From contig OZ199840.1 of NCBI GenBank assembly GCA_964304625.1, positions 2,716,787-2,780,786 of the forward strand: a DNA stretch of 64,000 nucleotides, read 5' to 3'. Positions 26,595 to 39,500 of this stretch are shown in pieces. The notes below the pieces were generated by a model. The model was not told the DNA's origin, ran no database searches, and saw nothing but the letters and a program-made list of their open reading frames with translations. The position numbers and the translations under genes were made by a program. How positions within the stretch are numbered: position 1 is the stretch's first letter; each line of letters opens with the position of its first letter. Source of the DNA: Kudoa neothunni. Taxonomy: Eukaryota > Animalia > Cnidaria.

Positions 26595-27915
26595 TAACTG
26601 TGTTTTTCTAGGATTAAATGAATAAATACATGGAAGATATTGATTAAAACAGTTCGAATTTTGTCATAGTTTTTTCAATTACTTAATGTTGTTGCTAAAA
26701 AGACTGATAACGTATGAGTCGATTAGGTACAATTTCGAATAAATCATTTCTGAGGTATTTTTATACTTACAATGATAATACTTCTTTAACCTTTCCGGTA
26801 CCAGGCGAGGTATATTAGGTATCTAAATAAGATAATTTCTTCCTAATTCTTAATAATGCAATTTATTTTATAGAAATTTCATGAACGCATCCCTATTAAT
26901 TTAGCACATCAGTAGGTAAAAATTTTAATTAATATTTAACTTTTAAAAAGAAGTATGGCTTCAAATTTTTAATTGGTCAGATGGTTTCGTTCATAATAAT
27001 CATTTTCGCGACTGCAAAATATTAGTTTATATTTTTTTGAATATATAAATCAAATATATTACAATAATTTTTAATTTAGGCTAGATATTTTCAAATTTAA
27101 ATCATGATATAAGGATTAACGAAGATTAATGCATAACAGTCGTGGTCTAGTGAATGTTGTTTCGTTGTAGAGTTTAGAGTTTCAACTTATTTTAATCATG
27201 TAATGGGTTATACGGGAGGTTTAATGAATAACATGGAGTAGAAGTCTGATTTTGAGATTAACGCGTTACCATAGCCTAAGGATGATTTCGTGCCGTTGTT
27301 ACTCGAATATTTTGATATGTTGATAGGTTTGTGAGTACTCTTCCCAATACATTTAGAATTTTGAATAAAAATTCGACTTTTCGTACTTGGAACTATGTAA
27401 TATCGACACAAATTTGTATACAAGATTTATTTGGGCGATATTGATGTTTAGATTATAGAATACCAATCGATTAGTAGGGTTTCAGGGTCCATTATTCACA
27501 ATAACATATGAAATATTGATAGGTTAAATGTCGTAAAAATATGTTGAAAGACGTTTTTATTTACTTAAAATCTGAAAAAATAGTTTCAAGCTGATTTTTC
27601 CTGGGTTCCCTCAGATACTATATGGGTACACACGGAATTTTTTTGAGCTCGATATGGAAGAATTACCATAAAATTTTGAAAATATTCTAGAAACTAAAAC
27701 TTTCAAGATAAATCGTAGGTAAAGTTTCAAAATTGCGGAAAATCAATAGACTAACGCACATATCTAAAAGTTCATGAATATTCTCAAGAAATATATATTG
27801 AATAAGCGTAACATTGAAAATAATGAATTCGAGCTCCAAAATTTTTGTGTTATCATAAATTCTAAACTTCATAAGTGGCTTTATATTTGTTTATTCATTA
27901 GATTGCCATCTATAA

Positions 27916-28947
27916 CCCTGTAACGATCATAAAAACGACTTAACTCCAAGGATCATTTTGGGTCGAATCGACCCAAAATTTTTATTTTATTTTTCTTTAC
28001 CAAAAAATATTTCGGTTCGGTTTACTAACTACGTAAGAAATCTCTCGACAAAGATTTGAGTAAATTAGAGTTTACTAACCCATTAATCTTTGATAATCCG
28101 TTAATATATGTATTCAGACAGATTCGCAAAATATCGCTAATATTACACACTGAGGAAATGGCGGCTACATTGTGAAATGAGATTCATCTATACAAACTAA
28201 TTTAATAATGATAGTTATCATAGTTTTAGAGAAATTTCATTGAAATTAAAACCAACATAAAAGGTAGCCTTATGACTTTGTGCACATAGAAAATAACGCA
28301 TTCTCACGTGCATCCATAACATAGGACTACCTACGTAATATATTATTTCTCGAGTTTTATTTTTATTAAATTTTGGAACACTCAATGAAACGTCTAACTA
28401 AATGGTCAATGAAAAAATGGCGACTGCACAATCCGCAAATAACAACAATCAAGCATTGATTTTACTCTCAACGTCGTATAGATTGTTGGGCAGGCGGAGA
28501 GTTCAAAAAAATATTTTCTGCGCTTGTTCTTGATGTAGATCTTTCTGTAAGATTCTAAACTAACCCATATTTGTTAATAAATGAATTATCGCATATACCC
28601 GGATCGTCATCGTCAGTTTCTTGAGAGATCCTCAAATTCACTACCAGAAGGCCAATCGTTATGGAATAAAAAATTAAATTTAGAATCCGTAGATATTATC
28701 CTAATATTAAGTTACCACTGAAGGAAAAAATGTTTTATATTATCTAGTGCAATCGATCGCCGAAAGTGTGCACAAGCAGTCTTCGATTAGGTGGCGTACG
28801 ATTAGTTCTAGGATTAATTTTGATTTTCCTTAGAATTCTGTCTGTAAAATATTTTAATACCTCATATAACAAATTTAATGAAATTTATGTACAAAATGAT
28901 GGAATAAAAAAATGGGGTCGAATCGACATCAAATGATCGTTGGAGGG
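27916..28947 (+). mobile_element. Non-autonomous piggyBac derivative
   Basis: CCCTGTAACGATCAT ... ATGATCGTTGGAGGG (13/15 TIR), GGGTCGAATCGAC subterminal motif near both ends, and a remnant ILLST motif. The flanks are not clean TTAA. Confidence 0.65.
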
Positions 28948-29373
28948 TATCCTTCGAATTCCGGCTACATAAAAAACTCATTTATCCAATTCTCCCCAAT
29001 TACATAGAAGAATACATTTATAAAGAATAGATTAAATTCAAAAATATTAGCAACAATATTTTAGCGATTATTTATATAAAAATGTTTTAATGATGAATAT
29101 TACAACAGAATCTTTTAAAAAGCGGATATGAAAAATGAGTAAAATTAATTTTGATGAGTATTAAAAGAACTATAGCCTATCGTAATTATTAAGTTTGCCG
29201 ACTGGTTAAAAAACGAAAAACCTACATTAAATTACCACTAATTTTCTATGTATTACATTATTTTGGTGAAATTGTTCTACAATAGCCACAAAAAGAAAAT
29301 AAATATATTGAAAATATCAGAAAATAAACATACCAAATGGCATATGTTTTTTTGCTACGAATACTCGTTCATG

Positions 29374-30416
29374 TTAATTCGATCTACAACAAGGAAAGTA
29401 CTCCTTCACACATGTTTTAAGTTTCTTATTGGTGCACACGTAGACAATGGCATTTAACGAGGGGTAAACCAGCAACATCATTTGCGAAAAACGTCTCATT
29501 ATTTTGGGTAGATCGGAATAAAACAAATACATCCATCTCGTTAGAATGAAAGGGGTCCACAATATAAAAAAGTACATCACCATTATGATAGCAAGTCTAA
29601 TGACACTCGTCAACTCCTTGTAGGCTTCACTGTTCTCACCCTCCTTATGGAAAAACAGGAAATGGAAAATTAATATTTTTGTTGCCATTTTTTGAGGTTA
29701 ATTCAATAATTACTTGGAAGTGTATGTTTGTATCACTTTCCTTTTTCCACAAAATAATTTTGGTGTAAGCCCATGTCATAACAATCATAGGAGTGAAATA
29801 TAGGAACAATGATTGAAACGAGTAGATAACTCTCGAATAGTTGACACCACTTTGATCGTAGAATGGATACTAGGTTGTCAAAAATGAGCGAATGAGTAGA
29901 TAAATTTCCACTGGTTAGTGAATTAAACCTTACACTTTCGCTGCATTTTCCTGAACGAACTCGGTACGCAAAAATAAATGGTATTGCTAGTATTGCACTT
30001 GCAATCCAAATGCATCCAATTTTGATCCAAGTCTTTTTAATACTGTTTATATGACTAAATGGGTGGAACACTGAGTTATATCTTTCGTAGGTTATTGCTA
30101 GTAATGACAGCACATTCGAGCTAAGCGTACTCTCCCAAACCCATGTTTGAAAATGCAACACATTTTCTCCAAATGGATAATATTCGTAGTGGATGTAGAT
30201 CGCATCCAGAATTTTGATACCCAATAAAATTAGCGACGTAAAACAAATATTCATAATATACATATAAATGCTCCCGTGTAACTTTTTATTCAGCGCAATT
30301 ATCACAATCAGAGCTATATTTGTTAGACCGATCAAGCCAAGTATCCCACATATTGTTTCACCGCCAATCACGATAGCCATGGGCATTCGTCTGCAATCTG
30401 ACCTACCTTCTGACAT
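29374..30416 (-). CDS. Class A (rhodopsin-like) GPCR, 3 exons, orphan and divergent
   Basis: Seven hydrophobic segments after removing two GT-AG introns (~29873-29933 and ~29645-29717): GLTN (TM1), LLAITYERY..VFHPF (TM3), WIASAILAIPF (TM4), FLYFTPMIVMTWAYTKI (TM5), FILWTPF (TM6), LNAIVY (TM7), and a C-terminal CC. Confidence 0.9.
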
Positions 30417-32548
30417 TTCAATTTATTTCCTTTCGTAGTGTTTTTTAAACGTTGGTAATCAGCTTAATAATATCTTTAATAATAAGGTGTGAGTATTTTG
30501 GGGCATTAGATTTTAATTTATCGTCAACTTTTAGAAATTAATTGATTAAATATTTTATGATAATTAACAGAACTGGTTAAAATACACAGTTCTCACAATT
30601 TTTGTTCGATTTAATGGTACCATTAGAATGGATTAAAAAAATACTTATTTCGAATTATATCGAAATTATTGATTAATTTAAGCGACCTGGAATTTTCCTA
30701 CATTTGTAATTCAAAAACATAGTTTTGTTTGTTTGTTGGTATTTTTAGGTTATTTTTCGTAACATTTTTTTGGTCGATCGACAATACACCAAGTTCTCGA
30801 TACTGCTTTCTTTAACTTTTTAAATCCATATTTTATTAATTAAGTGTTGTTTATCAATTTTTTCGATCAAAATTATTTAAAAATTAACACATAGTGCATT
30901 AAATAGAATATCGAACACTTACAATTAGACATACGAAAAAGTGTAGGATCTTGCTACTGCGTAGCTTTATTCCCGATTTTAATCCTATAATCCTTTATTT
31001 ACACTGTTCATAAAATTCAGCACGACTAAATAGATCCCAACAAAATATCGAAGAGAAAATTAGAATTATACAATATTTAATCTTCATAAAATCAATTTCA
31101 TATAAAAATGTACGATTAAGGGCATTTTCAATTGTCAACTATACATAAGAAACATAGTTTGAATAATTTAAATTTCGCTCATCAATGCTAGACTGAAATT
31201 TATATTATTAGGGTAAAATTAAATTCCAAGTATCTGTGGTACCGTAAAAAATTAAAAGTAGGGGAATATGATTACATGAAATCAACTTACGGAATTAGGT
31301 GTCATAATGAATTATACTAAGAAAATAATTCCCCCTTCTCAACCATTGAAAAGTCAATAATTGTGACAAATGATTTTTAAATAAACGATTATAGCGTAAG
31401 TAAAGGTTATTTTTGGAACATTAAAAGTCATTTGGGATTATCAAACATCAAGTTGCAGTAATTAATTGCTTTCGAGTAAATATTAATTTTTTTCGATATA
31501 CTTTCTAAATATAAAATCCATAACATATGAATTATTGATGAAACTGCCGCTATATTTTTATGAACAATTAAACGAATGTTGTTACACAACTAAAACTATT
31601 ACGATTTAGACAGATGTGATCATTGGAAAGAACGAGCGATTGCTTCAACTAGAAAGAAAGAACTTCCACTTTATGTTATTTTTAAATATAAAATAGGATA
31701 TGTTTTATGTAACCAAGTTTTCTTCCGAAGAAGGATTATTCATAAACTAATGTGTGGATGGGCTCCTCAATATTTTATCTAAAATTAAAATATTTTTCGA
31801 AAAAAATGGAGTACAAGTTTCTCACAGGTTATGGGTTATGAGTTATGATTAATTAATAATTATTATTATTATTTAATCATCATAATTACAAGTATAAGGA
31901 ATAAATTTAAAAATTATTCGTATAAAAACAACTTTTAATCGTATGTTAACAGAAACGCAGCCCCATGCCGTTGGTGGGAGGCTCTTGACATACAATATAA
32001 ATTTAGGTGAAATACACATTTTAGATTAAATACATAAACTAAAAATAAATATTTATATTCCATATGTCCAAAAAAAGATTAATTCTTTTTAGTAGAGTAA
32101 AGAAATTTACTGTAATATGATTGAATGCGCGCGGTCTATAATAATATTACCTATAAATATAATATTTCAACGTGTTTAGACAACTAAGTGTCATTTTTAT
32201 ACATTCCAATTCATCTATAGTACAAGGACGATATTAAGAATAATTAAATGTTAAAATATTCGGATAAACATTAAACTCAATGATTGTTTCAAATAAAAAA
32301 ACTATTTAGCGTAAATGTCTTCAATTGAAAAATTTGTTATTAAACTTATGAAAACAGTAACACATTAAAATAACTCTAGAATATTGTAGCTATCTAACTT
32401 TACCATAAAACTTAGCACATACTTATAAAAATACACATAAAAACAAGCTCATAAATATCAAAATTAACAGTTAAATTCAAGTACACTAAGGGGAAATATT
32501 TGGACGATACATCACCAACTTATTACAAAATATCTACACAATGTGTCC

Positions 32549-33485
32549 CTATTTACGAATTATACGCGACCTAAGGATTCTAACGGGTGGGGATGGATGG
32601 TTTTCATTGTTAACTTGTTCGACCCTAATGTAGCAACCATATATAAACAACAAACATAACGAGAATAGGTACGTTTGTTTGGTTGGGTTAAAAATGTTAT
32701 TCTCATCGGTGGTTGGTTTATTTCTCTCAGATCTGATTTTTGAAGTTTTGGTGATATTATTTTCGTTCTCTTTTGAAGAGTGTGTCTTATAAGTTTTTTT
32801 CGTAGAGCGTTGTTTGATGGGCGTTGCTATTTTTGACGGGACATGAATAGGGACCTCTTCTTCGATGGCAGCTTGAGATCGCTTTCGAGTGGAACGTTTA
32901 ACAGGGCTAAGGGGTATAGTAATATCAATACTACGATTGCGCAAATTTAATTTTTTCGATATGCTGAGTTCATCAGTAGGCTGTACAACGTTTGCGTCAA
33001 AATCGGCATCATCAGCAGTAACCTTGGATGTTTTATTGTAGCTGGTTCTCGCTTTGGTGGCTCCACGTCTGGCATTACGTCTTCGTTTGAGAGAAGTTTT
33101 GGGCATCTTGGGTAACGCCTTCGTCACAAGACCACCGTCATCATTAGCTTTTTCTTGGTTTTCAATATGTACAAATGTTTCATCTATTTTCGACAATTCA
33201 ATTTTAGTGCTCTCAGTTGTTGGGAAGAATTCATCGTGTAAATGTGAATCAACCGTATCAGTGGCACTGGAATCATGTCGTTCGTTCGATTTATTTATAG
33301 AGTGACTGTTTTGGTCATTTGGATGAGTCACATTTTCAGTGGAGGCAGGATAAGAGTGGGACGTAATATTTAGGATAGATTGAGATTGTTCGATGTTTTG
33401 CGAATTGGCTAAAAATTAAATATTAAGCGCGTGTGCAACAACAATCAATTTAGTATATGTATGTAAATATTCATAGATTTAATTT

Positions 33486-33520
<35 letters not shown>

Positions 33521-36500
33521 AAAAACGATGATTTTAAATACATTGAGATAATTTAGTTGATGAAATGTTCTCAGTAATGATTGAATGGTCGACAAGTGTT
33601 GTATTGAAATAGTTGTCTTGGATGGGTTTAGTAATTTCACCGCTGAATGAACGTCGTTCAATAACCGAATTGTATGGTGAATCATCGTTGGTTGAATCAT
33701 TTTTTAATGCTTCCATTTCAATCAAATGTACAGCAACCGGTTTATGTTTCACTCGGTGGGCTTTACGACTCACCTGTAACACAGGCTTATCAGTCACGTA
33801 GTTCGTAACTTTAGAATTGGCGTCAACGTTTGCCTCATTTAGTTTTTCCAATTGAGCTGAATTAGATGAGTTGGGCGAATTCTGAATGGACGGTAACGGC
33901 AAGGAACCCGAGGTTGACATTGCAGATGTAGCTGCTGCTGATGATGATGATGATGATGATGATGAAACAACAATCGATTCGTTTTCAAATGTGATAGTAG
34001 CGTTTAACTTTTCTTCCTCGTCGGTATTGGCTGGAATCGTAATGATGGCTTCTGTTGATGTTTTTGAGGTGGTAGAGTCGTTTAAAAAGTTGATTTCTTC
34101 TTCGGGTGAGAGATTTTCAAATTTATCACTCAAATTGGCAGTAACGGTATCCAACAGTTGTTTCGACAAATCAGTTGTAGATATATCACCACATATAGAA
34201 ATGGGCGAATGTTCGTCAAATAAAGTGGTGTTAATAGAGGTAGATGAACTGGAGAATTGATCATTTCTGTCAACCACATAAGGCGAAGACACCAAAGGAG
34301 CTGTGACGGGTGGAGTAGGGTTAACTTTGCTCACTTCGACAGTTGGTTCATGATATTCTACAGCGTCAAAGAATTCCATGTCATCACTCGCATCACATTC
34401 ATCGCCGCTGCTACTACTGGCGACGTCAATAGTGGAAGATAAGGTGTCATCGTCCGAAAGATCAAATGTTTCATTTAGGTTGTGAGTTTTTTCCTCGCGC
34501 CCTGAAGACAACACAACTCCATCAATTATAAAGCGCAACTTTTTCCCGTCAGCATTGGTTTTTGAGGGTGATTGATTGTAATCACTGTCAGTGGACTTTC
34601 TCTGCGAAACAAAAATTATTCACTTTGAAAAATAGTAAAAAGTACCTTCAGTATGGATGTAGGCCGAAAGGAGGTGTTGAGACTGTAGTGTAAACGTTTG
34701 GCAATATTTTTGTTTTGGTAATCGTCGCTTTTATTAAGTAAAGAAGAGCACATCGACACACCAAATGAATCATTTGATGATTGAATTGGGAGACGGTTGG
34801 AAGATGTTGGTTGAAAACCACTACTCCCTTCACTGAGCAAACTATAACTATAATCTTGTTTGTTATGTCTGATTTTGAGCTCATTGGCGTGATCGGAACT
34901 GATGTTATTTCTAGTGACAGGTGAGGGTAGATATGGTCCGAATTTCTCCCTAAAGTCGGAAACAATTTGTTTTGATTCGAGTTGCTCGTTCGCAGACAAG
35001 TTATCTGTCTACAATAATTAAACTAATGAGTAAATCCAGCATTGAGTCTCACTCTCACCTCATTACAAATTCGCACAACATAAGGATAGGCTTGTTTGTA
35101 GTTAGAAAATTGCTGTAACAGTTTCAGGCGATATCCTAGGTCGATAAAATGATCCATAAACTGCAAGACAAATAGCACGTCCTATCCGCAACCAAATAAT
35201 TACTCTTCATCAAACTAACTTACGATGGAATCCAACATAAAAAATACATTGACCAGATAGTTAAAAAGTGACTCAACTATAATTAATAAAAAGATTAATT
35301 TTTGTTTAAAAATGGAGATAAATTCATGAAAAATTACTCTGAACACTGTAATGTATGATTATATGCCAATAGTCGGGAAGTTTACTATGGGTTTGCTAAA
35401 AACAATAATACATTAGAAAAGGTAACAAAGCTACAGTTGTTGGTCTTTTTTTAATTAGAAAAAATTATTAATCGTTGCACTGTATCAAATTAAACTCTCT
35501 ATAGCAAATGAATTCACTTAAATTCTGAGTTTCTTTCCCCACTTAATAAAGTTATAATATAAACTACCTTAATTTTAAAACGTAATTAAAAGAGAATGAG
35601 CGCCTCTGTTTAATAAGTTTATAATTATCTTTCTTGTTTATTTGATTTTTGGGCGTCACATTCTGCTTATGAGATTAAATTTAATTTGGGATGTAACAAA
35701 GAAACGCAACATTAATAATCTAGTATGGTCTAATCATTAATAGGACTTATCTGCTAAATATTAGAACAAATAGTTAATAGGTGTTCACTAATATAATATA
35801 CATTTGGCGGCAGTTGAAGTTTCTTTAAGCTGTCGTTGTTCATTCATTTAAATTTAATCTTAATCAGCTCTTTCTCCTCCAAAATTAGACTCGCACTACT
35901 TGTATATGCCGATATATGATATGCTTAAGTGAATTTCATTTTAACTTTCTCAAGCCAATATAACAATGATATAATATATGATAATAACTTAAGTATTGAG
36001 AAAATATTACTTACTTCTATTTTATTAAAAGATTGTTAATATAAATAATATTTATCATTTTTTTAGATAATTACTTAAAATGAACCAAATTTTAGATAAT
36101 TCACGTGAAAAATCGTTCGGAATAACTTATTTTTCCACAGTCTAATCACATATAATTTAATGATATTACCACGCCTCTATTTCTCTCTTGTTTTATTAAT
36201 ATTAAAAAAATAAAATGGATATCTTTCAAAAATATGCTTGGCTGATTAATCTTAATCCGGGCATCCGAATTCAAATCGGACTCGTACCCCTTCTAACTTC
36301 AAAATACGATAAGGCTCAGCTCATTAAAAATGTCGTTGTTAATAAATCTTACGTACATTATGGAATTAATTCAAAGAATTAAGCGGATAATCACATTATA
36401 TCGTTCCCGTGTAAATTTAATATTTGAAAATATTACCTATTTTACCTAATAAAGTAATGTATTAATGGCCAGGCTCATTTATAAGTTGGCTAAGTAATAC

Positions 36501-39500
36501 AAACTTATATCAATTCATTTTTTGATTCAAACACGTCTTTTAGGATATTTCTGCATTGTATTAAAAGAAAGAAAAATGAAAACTGGCTGAAATTTGAAAA
36601 ATAACGAAGCATTTATTAATAATTACGATTTACGTATCGTAAAATCGATAATTAACTTTAGAAAATTCTATATAGTTATGATCCAATCTCCCAACATAAT
36701 CAATCTTAATTCGCGACCCCGGTCGGAATGTGCTAATCTCAATTTCTAATTAGTTGCTTTGACAACTAATTAGAAATTGAGAACAAAAACTTTAAACTAA
36801 TGTTAGCGTCAGAGATCGCGAATTGAAAAAGTTTTAGAATAATTTAGTAAATTACTCTAAAGATTGGGATTGGGTTATTGCATATACTGCTCCTAGTTGA
36901 AATGTAAAAAGCCGCACCATTAAACATTCAATCGACGTAATCTTTCGCGAATGTTAATTTTAATCTCTGTAGCAACAATGTATACATTACAAACATTAAT
37001 TGTTTACTACCCAACCAACTATTTATTTACAAATTAGACAAATAATTGATTTTTTTGTTTCCCAAGAGATTCCATTTAGAGATTACGGTTGTATAATTAA
37101 TTTTTTATCCGTTCTGTATAATTATTTACCACCTAGCGAGATGTTTCCAGGTGCAAAATTGATTAATTATCGTGCAAATTAAATCCCCCGTATGTAATTT
37201 GGACGAAACAAAGGACACCTTCACTTAACTGAATGTATTATATTCAATATCCAGGCATTTGTTCCCGTTAAATCCTTGTATTAAATGAACTTCTAACTCT
37301 TCTTATCTGAAAAGAATTTTTATCTTGGAACATTTCCAAGATAGAGCAACGCTTACTTTTTAAATGCATGTTATAAACAAAAATTTAGCTAGTTAAATCA
37401 TAAAGTTCTTAGAATCAGCTCAAAAATTAAAAATGTTATTATCTGTGTTTGCATCAATATAAAACCCTCGCAAATCAAAATCAAAATCAAACCAGCATAG
37501 CTTTAGCTTCTACTCTGGAAACCCACGGATAATTGTATTAATCATTAATTTAATAAACTAATAAAAAAAGAAGCTTATTTTAATATTGGCGCGGCTAATT
37601 TAATCCTACACATTTGTACGCATGCTTAATCGTAATTTTTAATCCCATCAACGCCTGCTCCTACTCACAAGCTATATGTAGATTTAATTTTTGACCATAA
37701 AAATAGTCTCACTTTAAATATACATCATTGATGGAAAACATTTGATGCGCACGAGGCAAAAATATTACGACGCGCCAACAACCGCATAAAATAAAGCAAA
37801 CAATAGCTTACAATGATCGGCACTACTCGGAAGTACATCCCTCCATTACAAAGCAGCCCCACCACCAACGAATTGAACTCAAATGGCATCGACGACATTG
37901 AAAATCGATCTGCGAAGTTTATAGCCTTGTCGACATAGTTATCACAAATGAGCGATTTCAATGTGGTCATGTGTTGGTCGTGATACAACACCACACCATT
38001 CCAAAATGGGAATACACTCAGCTAAAAGAGTTAAACGTGAGTTACATTTCAAATATGTATGACTACGTCATTCACGTTCCCATGAAGACCATTATCAACG
38101 AACCAAAGATGTTCAATAACAAGAACAAAGGGCATCTCTAATCCAATATTTTGAGTGATTTCATTGATTATCTAAATTCCAATTTGAAAAACCCACACTA
38201 CACTACACTAATGAGTGAGTATTTATTGGTCAAGAATAATTTTGTTTAAGATGCGCTGACATAATTTTAATAAAAATCTCATTTATAGGTTTACACACAC
38301 ACACACACACACACACACATGTTCCTAAAAATCCACTTTATTTAATAGCCACAATTAACTTGTGATTCAACCAATAGCCATTATAAAATTATTGATAATA
38401 TACCTTTTGTGTTGAAAATTTCCGGTTGTACAAACAATTTAGGTCATACAAAAAGTACACTAACTAAATTAATGATTGAATTGATAAATAATTGTCCATG
38501 TGTTTGGGTGGATTACAATAAGCTTAGGGAGATCTACAGTGAGTGTGTCAACAAGGGTGAGCTTAAAAATATCCTAATCCCAGAGAATTAATAAAAATAG
38601 CGCCCACCAACAAATTTACATCCAACGAGCGCGGCGGGTATATAAAATAGTCATTTGAAGAGGGGTTTGACTTGTTTTCAATTTGTTTCAATTCGTTGTT
38701 CAACTTTTCAACCAAACATTCAATGTGTAAGGTTTTTGACTGATTTTTCGAATTAATTCTACTGAATTGTTCCCACAGCCCAAACAGTTTCACCCTAAAA
38801 AATAAATTACGCGCTCGTCATTACACATAATTGTTAATAGATTAAATGTCACACATACCCGCTACAACCAAATAATCCAAACTCCAAACTTTGCTCAATA
38901 ACATTTAATGAGGTCATTCTTTCAAGCACAATGGTTACTACGGAGGCATACTAAATTTAAATAAATTCATTCAATTCGGTCATTACCGAAATTACAAAGA
39001 CAAACAAATAATAATTATACTTTATAGAACATATCCAAACAACGAAATGTCTTATTGAGTGTTTTGTAGTGGTTGGTTGAGGTTGGATCGTAGAGAATGG
39101 TATGTGTATCGATAGCAGCTTCGACATTGTGTGATAAGGTGGCAGTTAGATTTTTGAAGATGTGTATCAGAGATTTCAATTTAACCAAATCTTTCAAATG
39201 ACCTTCAATATCTTTATTGTTGCTATTGTTGTTGTTGTTGTTATTGTTGTTTCTGGACAAACAACATTTCATCACACATTCCACTAAATGAAGAATAAAA
39301 TGAGAATAAGAGTTGATGTTGGTACCCGAATGGACGAATTCCTCTCTAATCTCATTAAAATGAGTGGCCAACTGCGGCAGAATATCGTCCATCGCATAGA
39401 GAATGTGATCGGAAAAATGGTGTTGAAACATCTCGAACAAGCGATCATATTGGGCCTGATCGAGCCATAAGATAATAGTATCAGCAACCTGCCTAGTAGT

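Noticed and set aside
33054-34442. Plus-strand ORFs including a poly-Asp protein
   Set aside because: Antisense to the long minus-strand exons; the poly-Asp comes from a (GAT)n microsatellite that encodes poly-Ser on the coding strand.
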